Source: Carcharhinus longimanus
Taxonomy: Eukaryota
Direction: 5' to 3'
Assembly: GCA_030264375.1 (NCBI GenBank)
Contig: JASCQW010000032.1
Location: forward strand, 38,575,229-38,639,228
DNA: 64,000 bases
Shown: in pieces, positions 57,601 through 62,762 of the stretch
Layout of the letters: each line of letters begins with the position of its first letter
Numbering within the stretch: position 1 is the first letter of the stretch
Translations under genes and position numbers: made by a program
The notes under the pieces: generated by a model
Told to the model about the DNA's origin: nothing
The model's database searches: none
What the model saw: the letters and a program-made list of their open reading frames with translations, nothing else

Positions 57601-60600
57601 GTGCAACTACACCTCAATCTCAGATACCTTCTACACTATTACAGGACTTAGTGACTCAGAAGTCTATGAATTCCGTGTTTTAGCCAAGAATGCAAGTGGA
57701 GTGATTAGTACACCATCTGAATCTACAGGACCTGTCACTTGTAAAGATGAATATGGTATGCCAAAGTCAGAAACACATCATAGACCTATACTAACTTTAA
57801 TTCCCTTATGAAACAAAAGAAGTCTCTTTTAAGGAATACTGATGTTTTATTTGTATTTTCAGTTCCACCCAACGCTGAACTACACAGCAGGCTTCTTGGA
57901 GACCTGATTACTATAAGGGCTGGATCAGACCTGGTACTTGATGCTTTTATTGGTGGGAAACCTGACCCTAAAGTCTATTGGTCAAAGGGAGAGAAAGAAC
58001 TGGAGCTTTGTGAAAAGATCTCTCTACAGTACACGAACAAGCGTGCTGTTGCCATTATCAAGTTCTGTGACAGAGATGACACTGGAAGATATACACTAAC
58101 TGTGAAAAATCCAAGTGGAACTAAGACTGTATCTGTAAATGTTAAAGTATTAGGTAAGTGTCCTGTTACAAAACATAAATACTTTTGGAAATATACTTCA
58201 AATAAAAAGTTATTTACAGGATATCATGTGTTTTAACTTGTTTTCAAACTCTATTTAGATTCACCTGGACCGTGTGATGGTCCACTTGCGATCAGCAGAT
58301 TAACAGAAGAGAAATGCACTTTGTCATGGAACATGCCAAAGGAAGATGGTGGAGCAGAGGTTACACATTATGTTGTAGAGAGGCGTGAGACTAGCAGACT
58401 TAACTGGGTCGTCGTTGAAGCTGAGTGCAAGACTCTTTCCACTGTTGTTACAAGACTTATAAAGAACAATGAATACATTTTTAGAGTAAGAGGCGTTAAT
58501 AAGTATGGACCTGGTGCACCACGGGAGTCTGAATCTGCCATAGCCAGAAACTCATTCAGTGAGTAATATGTGATTTGTTTAGTTCATATTTGCAAAGTAT
58601 TATTATTCATCTTAGTAATGCAATGGCAAAGATAATTCTGAAATCTAATGCACTTCAATTTGTTGTAAACAGCAATTCCATCACCACCTGGTGAACCGGA
58701 GGTTGTTGCGATTGGAAAGGAGCACATCATCATCCAGTGGTTGAAACCAGAAACCGATGGGGGAGCTGAAATTAGTAACTATCTTGTGGATAAACGTGAA
58801 AAACGAAGTGTGCGCTGGACTCGAGTCAACAAAGACTTTACTATTTATGATACCAGACTCAAAGTTACAAATCTAATGGAGACTTGTGAGTACCAGTTCC
58901 GTGTTACAGCAGTAAATGCAGCTGGTTGCAGTGAGCCCAGTGAATCATCAAGCTACATCCTGTGCAAAGAACCAACATGTAAGCATTAGGTTTAAATTAA
59001 CATTTTAAATTCTGATAATTGTGAATCTATACAAGTACTTACGAGCTTTATCTATTTAAAATAAATGACAGATGTGCCTGCAGCACCTTCGGCACCAAGA
59101 GTTGTGGATACAACCAAACACAGCATTAGTCTAGCATGGACGAAACCCATGTATGATGGTGGTTCTGATATTATTGGCTATGTTCTTGAAATGAAAGAGG
59201 AAGGCATGGAACAGTGGTACAGAGCACATACTACAGCCAACTTAAGAAATACTGAATATACCATTACAAGTCTTACAACTAACAAGAAGTACTATTTCAG
59301 AGTTGCTTCTGTCAATATTAATGGAATGAGTGAATTCAGCGAGTCATCTGCTGAAATTGAAGCAGTCGAAAGAATAGGTAAGCAGCCTTATACAGGTAAT
59401 TCATATAGTTTTGCAATTTTTAACACCATTTATGACATGATATCTAAGCTTAAAATAAAGTGTGCATATCTGATACTAAAAATATAATAACATTAAATTA
59501 TAACTGAAAGCAACTTAAACTTTATAATCCTGAGAAATTTTATCTGTAACACTTTCATTGTTGATAACTTCTTGAAGAACTTATCATTGGAAGAACTTGT
59601 TTTTCATTTTATTTTTCTAGAAATGCCTGACCTTGAGCTTGCAGATGATTTGAAGAAGACTGTCACTGTTAGAGCTGGTGGCTCACTGCGCTTAATGGTC
59701 TCGGTTGCGGGTAGACCTACTCCAATGATAACCTGGAGTAAAGCTGGTGTTGATCTTCGCCATCGTGGTATTATTGAAATAACAGATTCTTACACACTGC
59801 TAGTAGTTGACAAGGTGAATCGCTACGATGCTGGAAAATACACCGTTGAGGCTGAAAATCCCTCAGGCAAAAAGTCAGCAACTGTAGTTGTCAAAGTATA
59901 TGGTATGTAGAAAAACAATGTTTTTAATCTTTATTTTGTTCCTGTTGTTAGTTTGGACATTTTAAAACATACGGAGCAAATGATTAGGAACTAAAATATC
60001 TTCTGTATTCTTAGATACACCTGGCCCACCTGGTGCTGTCAATGTGAAGGAGGTCTCAAGGGATTCTGTGGTTATCACATGGGATATTCCAACAATTGAT
60101 GGCGGAGCACCAGTCAACAACTACATAATCGAGAGACGTGAAGCTGCTATGAGAGCGTTCAAGACAGTGACAGTTAAATGCAGCAAGACAATTTATAGGA
60201 TAACTGGACTTACTGAGGGAATGATGTATTATTTCAGAGTCTTGCCAGAGAATATGTATGGCATTGGTGAGCCATGTGAAACAGCTGATGCAGTCCTCGT
60301 CTCAGAAGTTCCTATGGTTCCACAGAAATTGGATGTCATTGATGTCACAAAATCTACGGTCACACTCGCTTGGGAGAAACCACTACATGATGGAGGCTCC
60401 AGACTGACTGGTTATATTATTGAAGCATGCAAGGCTGGGACAGAAAGATGGATGAAAGTTGCAAATGTTAAACACACAGTCTTCGAACATACTATAATCT
60501 CGCTAAATGAGTCTGAACAATACCTGTTCAGAGTTAGAGCCCAGAATGAAAAAGGTGTCAGTGAATCAAGAGAAATTGTAACTGCTGTCACTGTAAAAGA

Positions 60601-61990
60601 CCAGAGAGGTATGTGTAGATTTAAAATGATTTTTGATATTTACTTTAGCTATTCTTTCTTGGGATGTGGTAGCACTGACCAGGCCAGCATTTATTGCCCA
60701 TCCCTAACTTGAGAGGCTTGAGAGACCATTTAAGAGTCAACCACATTGCTGTGGTCTGGAGTCATATGCAAGCCTTTACAGATAGGCATGGCAGATTCCC
60801 TTCCCTAAGGACATTAGTGAACCAGATGGGTTTTTACAACAATCAATGATAATTTCATGATCAGCTTTAATTGAACTAAGATATATCAATTGAATTCAAA
60901 TATTTCACCAGCTACCATGATGGAATTTGAACCTATGTCCCCAGAGAATTGATAAAGAGGCAGTGCTCCGAAAGCTCGTGGCTTGTGCTGCCAAATAAAC
61001 CTGTTGGACTTTAATCTGGTGTTGTGAGACTTCTTACTATGCCTACCCCAGTCCAACACTGGCATCTCCACACCCCAGAGAATTTGCCAGGGCCTCTGTG
61101 TTACTACAAGTCCCATGACATTATCACTACACCATCATCTCCCCTCCATATAGTAGTTAATAACCAATGTGTACTTACACTACTGTGAAATGGCATATAG
61201 TTTTACTAAAATTGCCTTACTTTATTTCTTTCTTAACAGTGATACCAAAGATTGATTTGGCAGGCATACCTCAAAAGACCATCACTGTACATGCTGGCAG
61301 ACCAATTGAATTATCTATTCCAATTAGTGGCCGTCCACCTCCTGCTGCTACATGGTATTTTGAAGGAACCAAAGTAAAAGAAAATGATCGAACAAAAATA
61401 GAAAGACTAGCCAAGGTAGCTCAGCTTACTATACGTGAAACCACCATAGACGATACTGGAGACTACATGCTTGAGCTAAAAAATGCTGCTGGATCTGCTT
61501 CTGAATGCATCAAAGTGATCATTCTTGGTAAGTGTTTCTGACAAACTATAACAAAAGTACATCTATATCAGTGTACTGTCCATGCCACTGTAATCATTTT
61601 TCAAATCTTAGATTATTGTCTTCTAGTGTACTGTCTGCAGTCCTACTATCAGTTTTCAAGTGTTAGATAATTGTATTCATTTATTTTCAGATAAACCAGG
61701 ACCACCTGCAGGCTCAATTCGTATTGATGAAATTGATGCCACCACTGTCACTATCAGTTGGGATCCCCCAGAGAAAGAGGGTGGTGCTGCCATTAGTGGT
61801 TACGTGGTGGAACAACGTGATGCTCATCGCCCAGGCTGGCTTCCAGTGTCTGAATCTGTTACCAGGAACACATTCAAGTTTACTAGATTAAATGAAGGCA
61901 CTGAGTATGTCTTCCGCGTGGCTGCCACAAACCGCTTTGGTATTGGAGCATTTTTACAGTCTAGCATTGTGGAATGCAAGAGTGCCATCA
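46..61990 (+). CDS. TTN: Titin (connectin), internal A-band portion: 64 exons, D-zone to C-zone super-repeat C11; gene continues beyond both window ends
   Basis: Tandem Ig (P..W...D.G.Y) and FN3 (PGPP..W..P..DGG..I..Y.VE..Y.FRV.A.N..G) domains in Ig-Fn2-Ig-Fn3 and Ig-Fn2-Ig-Fn3-Ig-Fn3 patterns; GT-AG introns keep one frame, apart from two TAA codons and three N gaps. Confidence 0.99.
265..564 (+). CDS. TTN: Titin exon 2 (approx. 287), FN3
   Basis: cag|AT...ATTC|gtaagt, 300 nt. Confidence 0.93.
680..997 (+). CDS. TTN: Titin exon 3 (approx. 288), FN3
   Basis: cag|AT...ACAT|gtaagt, 318 nt. Confidence 0.93.
1093..1389 (+). CDS. TTN: Titin exon 4 (approx. 289), Ig
   Basis: cag|GT...CTTG|gtaatt, 297 nt. 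Confidence 0.92.
1518..1817 (+). CDS. TTN: Titin exon 5 (approx. 290), FN3
   Basis: tag|GT...TTTA|gtaagt, 300 nt. Confidence 0.93.
2025..2339 (+). CDS. TTN: Titin exon 6 (approx. 291), FN3
   Basis: aag|CT...ATTG|gtaggt, 315 nt. Confidence 0.92.
2553..2655 (+). mobile_element. 3' tail fragment of a common shark retroposon (SINE/LINE)
   Basis: gaaccgaacaggcaccagagtgtggcgactaaggg...gcctacttgtgactaataaataaac resembles a recalled elasmobranch repeat end. Confidence 0.55.
2800..2948 (+). CDS. TTN: Titin exon 7 (approx. 292), N-terminal half of FN3
   Basis: cag|CG...AAG|gtaaat; [16 protein letters not shown]...EEWEK; phase-0 donor. Confidence 0.92.
3618..3768 (+). CDS. TTN: Titin exon 8 (approx. 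293), C-terminal half of FN3
   Basis: tag|GTAAAA...ACAG|gtaaaa; [13 protein letters not shown]...YRFRVRAVN. Confidence 0.92.
3854..4135 (+). CDS. TTN: Titin exon 9 (approx. 294), Ig
   Basis: tag|TC...TTGG|gtaaat, 282 nt. Confidence 0.92.
4226..4528 (+). CDS. TTN: Titin exon 10 (approx. 295), FN3
   Basis: cag|AT...ATGT|gtaagt, 303 nt. Confidence 0.92.
4637..4939 (+). CDS. TTN: Titin exon 11 (approx. 296), FN3
   Basis: cag|CT...CTTG|gtaaga, 303 nt. Confidence 0.92.
5017..5298 (+). CDS. TTN: Titin exon 12 (approx. 297), Ig
   Basis: tag|AA...GTTG|gtaagt, 282 nt. Confidence 0.92.
5381..5680 (+). CDS. TTN: Titin exon 13 (approx. 298), FN3
   Basis: cag|AT...TTTA|gtaagt, 300 nt. Confidence 0.93.
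5755..6799. mobile_element. Non-autonomous DNA transposon (PIF/Harbinger-like MITE)
   Basis: Imperfect TIRs gggccttattttatcatt / aatggtaaaattggactc; TAA on both flanks (5752-5754, 6800-6802); contains 100-N gap. Confidence 0.65.
7037..7339 (+). CDS. TTN: Titin exon 14 (approx. 299), FN3
   Basis: aag|GG...ATTG|gtatgt, 303 nt. Confidence 0.91.
7444..7752 (+). CDS. TTN: Titin exon 15 (approx. 300), FN3
   Basis: cag|TC...CTTG|gtgagt, 309 nt. Confidence 0.92.
7863..8144 (+). CDS. TTN: Titin exon 16 (approx. 301), Ig
   Basis: cag|AG...TTAG|gtaata, 282 nt. Confidence 0.92.
8259..8558 (+). CDS. TTN: Titin exon 17 (approx. 302), FN3
   Basis: cag|AT...ATAT|gtaagt, 300 nt. Confidence 0.92.
8651..8944 (+). 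CDS. TTN: Titin exon 18 (approx. 303), FN3
   Basis: tag|CT...TTAG|gttagt, 294 nt. Confidence 0.92.
9056..12022 (+). CDS. TTN: Titin exon 19 (approx. 304), large exon, 10 domains (Ig-Fn3-Ig-Fn2-Ig-Fn2)
   Basis: tag|TA...ATGG|gtattt, 2967 nt open frame (ORF 8959-12072). Confidence 0.94.
12128..12448 (+). CDS. TTN: Titin exon 20 (approx. 305), FN3, last D-zone domain
   Basis: cag|AA...TTGG|gtaggc, 321 nt. Confidence 0.92.
12566..12850 (+). CDS. TTN: Titin exon 21 (approx. 306), Ig, first domain of C-zone super-repeat 1
   Basis: cag|AA...CTTG|gtgagt, 285 nt; [13 protein letters not shown]. Confidence 0.92.
12900..14440 (+). mobile_element. Degenerate, internally deleted CR1-type LINE
   Basis: [26 protein letters not shown] (endonuclease region), decayed KSPGPDG and NYRPVSL motifs, 3' end gaatggcctactcctgctccta. 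Confidence 0.7.
14133..14244. mobile_element. Short MITE nested in the CR1 3' region
   Basis: TIRs gggtgaaattttcc / ggaaaactccaccc (12/14); flanks aga/ata; internal hairpin tggacc-tttgcat-ggtcca. Confidence 0.6.
14492..14791 (+). CDS. TTN: Titin exon 22 (approx. 307), FN3, with in-frame TAA at 14524-14526
   Basis: tag|AT...ATCA|gtgagt, 300 nt; [22 protein letters not shown]. Confidence 0.9.
14898..15200 (+). CDS. TTN: Titin exon 23 (approx. 308), FN3
   Basis: tag|GT...CTGA|gtaagt, 303 nt. Confidence 0.92.
15387..15435 (+). other. Candidate alternative first coding exon ([16 protein letters not shown], phase-1 donor) for an internal titin isoform
   Basis: agcATG (A at -3), 16 codons + 1 nt, strong donor GAGG|gtaaga, in frame with exon at 16517; no transcript evidence. 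Confidence 0.35.
15643..15680 (+). repeat. (CA)19 microsatellite
   Basis: Perfect dinucleotide run. Confidence 0.97.
15907..16046. mobile_element. Short MITE related to the 14133 element
   Basis: Left end ggccgggattctcc, decayed right end agagaattacagtc; shares gctggga...gtgaatgga internal motif. Confidence 0.5.
16517..16792 (+). CDS. TTN: Titin exon 24 (approx. 309), Ig
   Basis: tag|TG...ATGG|gtatgt, 276 nt. Confidence 0.92.
16817..18350 (-). mobile_element. 5'-truncated CR1/HER1-type LINE, antisense to titin
   Basis: (aatcatag)n tail at left end; minus ORF 17098-17349 [35 protein letters not shown] is CR1 ORF2 C-terminus; decayed RT sequence further right. Confidence 0.8.
18473..18772 (+). 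CDS. TTN: Titin exon 25 (approx. 310), FN3
   Basis: cag|AT...TTTG|gtaagc, 300 nt. Confidence 0.92.
18866..19168 (+). CDS. TTN: Titin exon 26 (approx. 311), FN3
   Basis: cag|GT...GTTG|gtaagt, 303 nt. Confidence 0.92.
19288..19587 (+). CDS. TTN: Titin exon 27 (approx. 312), FN3
   Basis: cag|AT...CACG|gtatga, 300 nt. Confidence 0.92.
19741..20028 (+). CDS. TTN: Titin exon 28 (approx. 313), Ig
   Basis: cag|TT...TTAG|gtaaaa, 288 nt. Confidence 0.92.
20252..20548 (+). CDS. TTN: Titin exon 29 (approx. 314), FN3
   Basis: tag|AT...TACA|gtaagt, 297 nt. Confidence 0.92.
20642..20944 (+). CDS. TTN: Titin exon 30 (approx. 315), FN3
   Basis: cag|AT...CAGT|gtaagt, 303 nt. Confidence 0.92.
21043..21348 (+). 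CDS. TTN: Titin exon 31 (approx. 316), FN3
   Basis: cag|AT...TTGA|gtaagt, 306 nt. Confidence 0.92.
21411..21580. mobile_element. Penelope-like element remnant (inverted partial copies, decayed hammerhead motif)
   Basis: ctaatgaaaggtcatcgacc...gttaactctgtctctc...acagatgctgcc...ttccagcattt, preceded by short inverted copy gtcaggcaatatgtggagaga. Confidence 0.5.
21786..21828 (+). repeat. Imperfect (CAC/CAT)n trinucleotide repeat
   Basis: catcaccaccaccatcaccactaccatcaccaccaccat. Confidence 0.85.
22245..22376 (+). mobile_element. CR1-type LINE/SINE 3' end fragment
   Basis: ggcgcgggcttgttgggccgaagggcctgtttcccgtgctg followed by (ttctttg)n tail. Confidence 0.65.
22644..22931 (+). CDS. TTN: Titin exon 32 (approx. 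317), Ig, start of C2
   Basis: cag|TT...CTTG|gtaagt, 288 nt. Confidence 0.92.
23052..23342 (+). CDS. TTN: Titin exon 33 (approx. 318), FN3
   Basis: tag|AT...TCAG|gtgagg, 291 nt. Confidence 0.92.
23445..23732 (+). CDS. TTN: Titin exon 34 (approx. 319), FN3
   Basis: tag|AA...GTTG|gtgagt, 288 nt. Confidence 0.9.
23940..24515 (+). mobile_element. CR1-type LINE 3' fragment
   Basis: ORF 23993-24193 [26 protein letters not shown] is the CR1 ORF2 C-terminal signature; 3' UTR follows. Confidence 0.82.
24560..25200 (+). repeat. G/purine-rich degenerate minisatellite (ggtcag/gagtcag units)
   Basis: Many recurring gtcag units within a strongly G-skewed tract. Confidence 0.6.
25533..26259. mobile_element. 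Probable MITE inserted into a CR1 3' fragment
   Basis: Decayed TIRs ggcctcaattttg / ccaaattctggtc; flanks rejoin as CR1-like gattga..ggtatttaaaatg; contains 119-N gap. Confidence 0.4.
26337..26648 (+). mobile_element. Full-length HE1-type tRNA-derived V-SINE (elasmobranch)
   Basis: A-box tggcacagtggttagc, V-core tgtggagtttgcacattttccccgtgtctgc, LINE-derived tail gatgggccaaatggccttcttctgcac..gggattctat. Confidence 0.85.
26661..26716 (+). repeat. 28-bp direct tandem duplication
   Basis: ttctatgtttgtaggtgaagtatagaat / ttctaggtttgtaggtgaattatagaat. Confidence 0.85.
27247..27834 (+). CDS. TTN: Titin exon 35 (approx. 320), Ig + FN3
   Basis: cag|TA...TTTG|gtaagc, 588 nt. Confidence 0.92.
27928..28032 (+). 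CDS. TTN: Titin exon 36 (approx. 321), N-terminal part of FN3
   Basis: aag|AC...ACAG|gtacaa, 105 nt; [23 protein letters not shown]. Confidence 0.9.
28119..28316 (+). CDS. TTN: Titin exon 37 (approx. 322), C-terminal part of FN3
   Basis: cag|GT...ATTG|gtacga, 198 nt. Confidence 0.9.
28411..28639 (+). CDS. TTN: Titin exon 38 (approx. 323), FN3, interrupted by N gap 28459-28468
   Basis: cag|[18 protein letters not shown] [gap] [14 protein letters not shown]...QDEY G|gtgtgt. Confidence 0.88.
28740..29327 (+). CDS. TTN: Titin exon 39 (approx. 324), Ig + FN3
   Basis: cag|TG...TTTG|gtaatc, 588 nt. Confidence 0.92.
29452..29754 (+). CDS. TTN: Titin exon 40 (approx. 325), FN3
   Basis: cag|GT...ACAT|gtaagt, 303 nt. 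Confidence 0.92.
29869..46966 (+). CDS. TTN: Titin giant exon 41 (approx. human exon 326), last domain of C2 through start of C8
   Basis: cag|AT...ACAG|gtaatt; ORFs 29841-38873 and 38797-47004 are one exon split only by the 10-N gap 38851-38860. Confidence 0.96.
47412..47633 (-). mobile_element. 5'-truncated HE1-type SINE
   Basis: Reverse complement of the 26337 SINE tail (gaccattcagcccatcga...ctatccccgtaaccc...cacctaacctacagatctttgga). Confidence 0.75.
48118..48414 (+). CDS. TTN: Titin exon 42 (approx. 327), FN3
   Basis: cag|AA...CTTG|gttagt, 297 nt. Confidence 0.92.
48560..49147 (+). CDS. TTN: Titin exon 43 (approx. 328), Ig + FN3
   Basis: cag|AG...TACA|gtaagt, 588 nt. Confidence 0.92.
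49249..49551 (+). CDS. TTN: Titin exon 44 (approx. 329), FN3
   Basis: cag|CA...TGTG|gtatgt, 303 nt. Confidence 0.91.
49680..49976 (+). CDS. TTN: Titin exon 45 (approx. 330), FN3
   Basis: cag|AA...TTTG|gtaact, 297 nt. Confidence 0.91.
50075..50362 (+). CDS. TTN: Titin exon 46 (approx. 331), Ig
   Basis: tag|GT...CTCG|gtacgg, 288 nt. Confidence 0.91.
50451..50750 (+). CDS. TTN: Titin exon 47 (approx. 332), FN3
   Basis: cag|AC...TTTG|gtaaga, 300 nt. Confidence 0.92.
50836..51138 (+). CDS. TTN: Titin exon 48 (approx. 333), FN3
   Basis: tag|TT...ATTG|gtatgt, 303 nt. Confidence 0.92.
51241..51546 (+). CDS. TTN: Titin exon 49 (approx. 334), FN3
   Basis: cag|AC...CTCG|gtaagt, 306 nt. Confidence 0.92.
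51583..51650. repeat. (AT)n with compound (CA)/(TG)/(TACA) microsatellite
   Basis: atatatatatatatatatatatacacacatataaatgtgtgtgtgtatacatacatac. Confidence 0.9.
51733..53488 (+). CDS. TTN: Titin exon 50 (approx. 335), Ig-Fn2-Ig-Fn2, start of C9; 5' boundary hidden in or at N gap 51723-51732
   Basis: Frame resumes after gap as [14 protein letters not shown]; donor GTTG|gtaagt. Confidence 0.9.
53597..53890 (+). CDS. TTN: Titin exon 51 (approx. 336), FN3
   Basis: cag|AT...AGCG|gtaagt, 294 nt. Confidence 0.92.
54009..54296 (+). CDS. TTN: Titin exon 52 (approx. 337), Ig
   Basis: cag|TT...CAAG|gtattt, 288 nt. Confidence 0.91.
54430..54729 (+). CDS. TTN: Titin exon 53 (approx. 338), FN3
   Basis: tag|AT...TACA|gtacgt, 300 nt. 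Confidence 0.91.
54854..56920 (+). CDS. TTN: Titin exon 54 (approx. 339), 7 domains, with in-frame TAA at 56287-56289
   Basis: cag|CT...TTTG|gtaagt, 2067 nt; ORFs 54991-56289 and 56410-56928 share one frame across NDAGYS*PREAF. Confidence 0.91.
57032..57334 (+). CDS. TTN: Titin exon 55 (approx. 340), FN3
   Basis: tag|TT...GTTG|gtaagt, 303 nt. Confidence 0.92.
57450..57755 (+). CDS. TTN: Titin exon 56 (approx. 341), FN3
   Basis: aag|AT...TATG|gtatgc, 306 nt. Confidence 0.9.
57863..58153 (+). CDS. TTN: Titin exon 57 (approx. 342), Ig
   Basis: cag|TT...TTAG|gtaagt, 291 nt. Confidence 0.92.
58259..58558 (+). CDS. TTN: Titin exon 58 (approx. 343), FN3
   Basis: tag|AT...TTCA|gtgagt, 300 nt. Confidence 0.92.
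58673..58978 (+). CDS. TTN: Titin exon 59 (approx. 344), FN3
   Basis: cag|CA...ACAT|gtaagc, 306 nt. Confidence 0.91.
59072..59377 (+). CDS. TTN: Titin exon 60 (approx. 345), FN3
   Basis: cag|AT...ATAG|gtaagc, 306 nt. Confidence 0.9.
59621..59902 (+). CDS. TTN: Titin exon 61 (approx. 346), Ig, start of C11
   Basis: tag|AA...TATG|gtatgt, 282 nt. Confidence 0.92.
60015..60608 (+). CDS. TTN: Titin exon 62 (approx. 347), two FN3
   Basis: tag|AT...AGAG|gtatgt, 594 nt. Confidence 0.92.
60650..61146 (-). mobile_element. tRNA-headed shark SINE with LINE-type tail, interrupted by a Penelope-type insertion
   Basis: Tail tgggatgtgg..ggccagcatttattgcccatccctaa at left; tRNA-like head in reverse (atttgaacc...catgacattatcactacaccatcatctcccc) at right. 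Confidence 0.7.
60951..61072 (+). mobile_element. Penelope-like pLTR fragment with truncated minimal hammerhead ribozyme core; 12-bp TSD
   Basis: ccccagagaatt at 60939-60950 and 61073-61084; insert begins gataa-agaggc-agt-gctcc-gaaa-gctc-gtg then ccaaataaacctgttggactt. Confidence 0.7.
61240..61527 (+). CDS. TTN: Titin exon 63 (approx. 348), Ig
   Basis: cag|TG...CTTG|gtaagt, 288 nt. Confidence 0.92.
61691..61990 (+). CDS. TTN: Titin exon 64 (approx. 349), FN3
   Basis: cag|AT...ATCA|gtaagt, 300 nt. Confidence 0.92.
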
Positions 61991-62556
61991 GTAAGTACAA
62001 CACTAAAATATTGTACTGGTAATTAAAAATGTCATGATATTCCATTATAGATCGTTTTATGTGAAAACCATCCTATGACTTTACAGTTTATTGATTGTGG
62101 TAATTATTGTGGCCTATAGTTGCAGAAATGATGATAATACAGTAAAGGTTAGAGTCAGTAATTAGACAAATCTTTGGACATGCTAATTCTCACAAATTTA
62201 TCATGAGAGATACAATTTCAATCCAAAATATGTCCATTTTGAAATCTTGCAAGAGGGCTATGAAATCTTGGGAGCTTTCAAAATGCATTTAACTTGGGTA
62301 AAATTGTGGGGAACAAAATGCCCAGATCTTTTGTTCCCTGGAGGGTCGTACCCCAGAAGATGTGCTTGGGAGGTCCCCCAGAGCTCGCCATGCAAGCACT
62401 GCTTGTGAATTGCTCAGGAAGTTTAAACATCTGATGGTAATTACCCTGCACTGGGAATGATCGGATATTCTGAATTAAATTGAAGACTTTGAATAATTCC
62501 AACTCTGTTAGCAGTTTAGCTATCCAGAACAAAATAAGAGCATTTAAACCACTGTC

Positions 62557-62762
62557 ACACCCCCAATCTCCAATCTCTCAACTAACCTCCACCCTCCAAC
62601 TACTCCTCCAACTACCCACCAACCCTCCCCACTACCCTGACAGCCCCCATCCCCATAACTCTCCACCTTCTCACTACCCCCATCCACAACACTTCCCCCA
62701 GCCACTCCCCAACCCCTGACCACCCAACAAACTGTCACCCACCACCACACACTTACCTTCTC
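62557..62762 (+). repeat. C-rich low-complexity tract
   Basis: Repeated ccc/acc/ctcc units; G-rich on minus strand. Confidence 0.7.

Noticed and set aside
46-61990. Whole locus as a pseudogene
   Set aside because: All visible splice sites are canonical, exon lengths preserve frame, and there are only two stops in about 14,000 codons; error or a variant allele is more parsimonious
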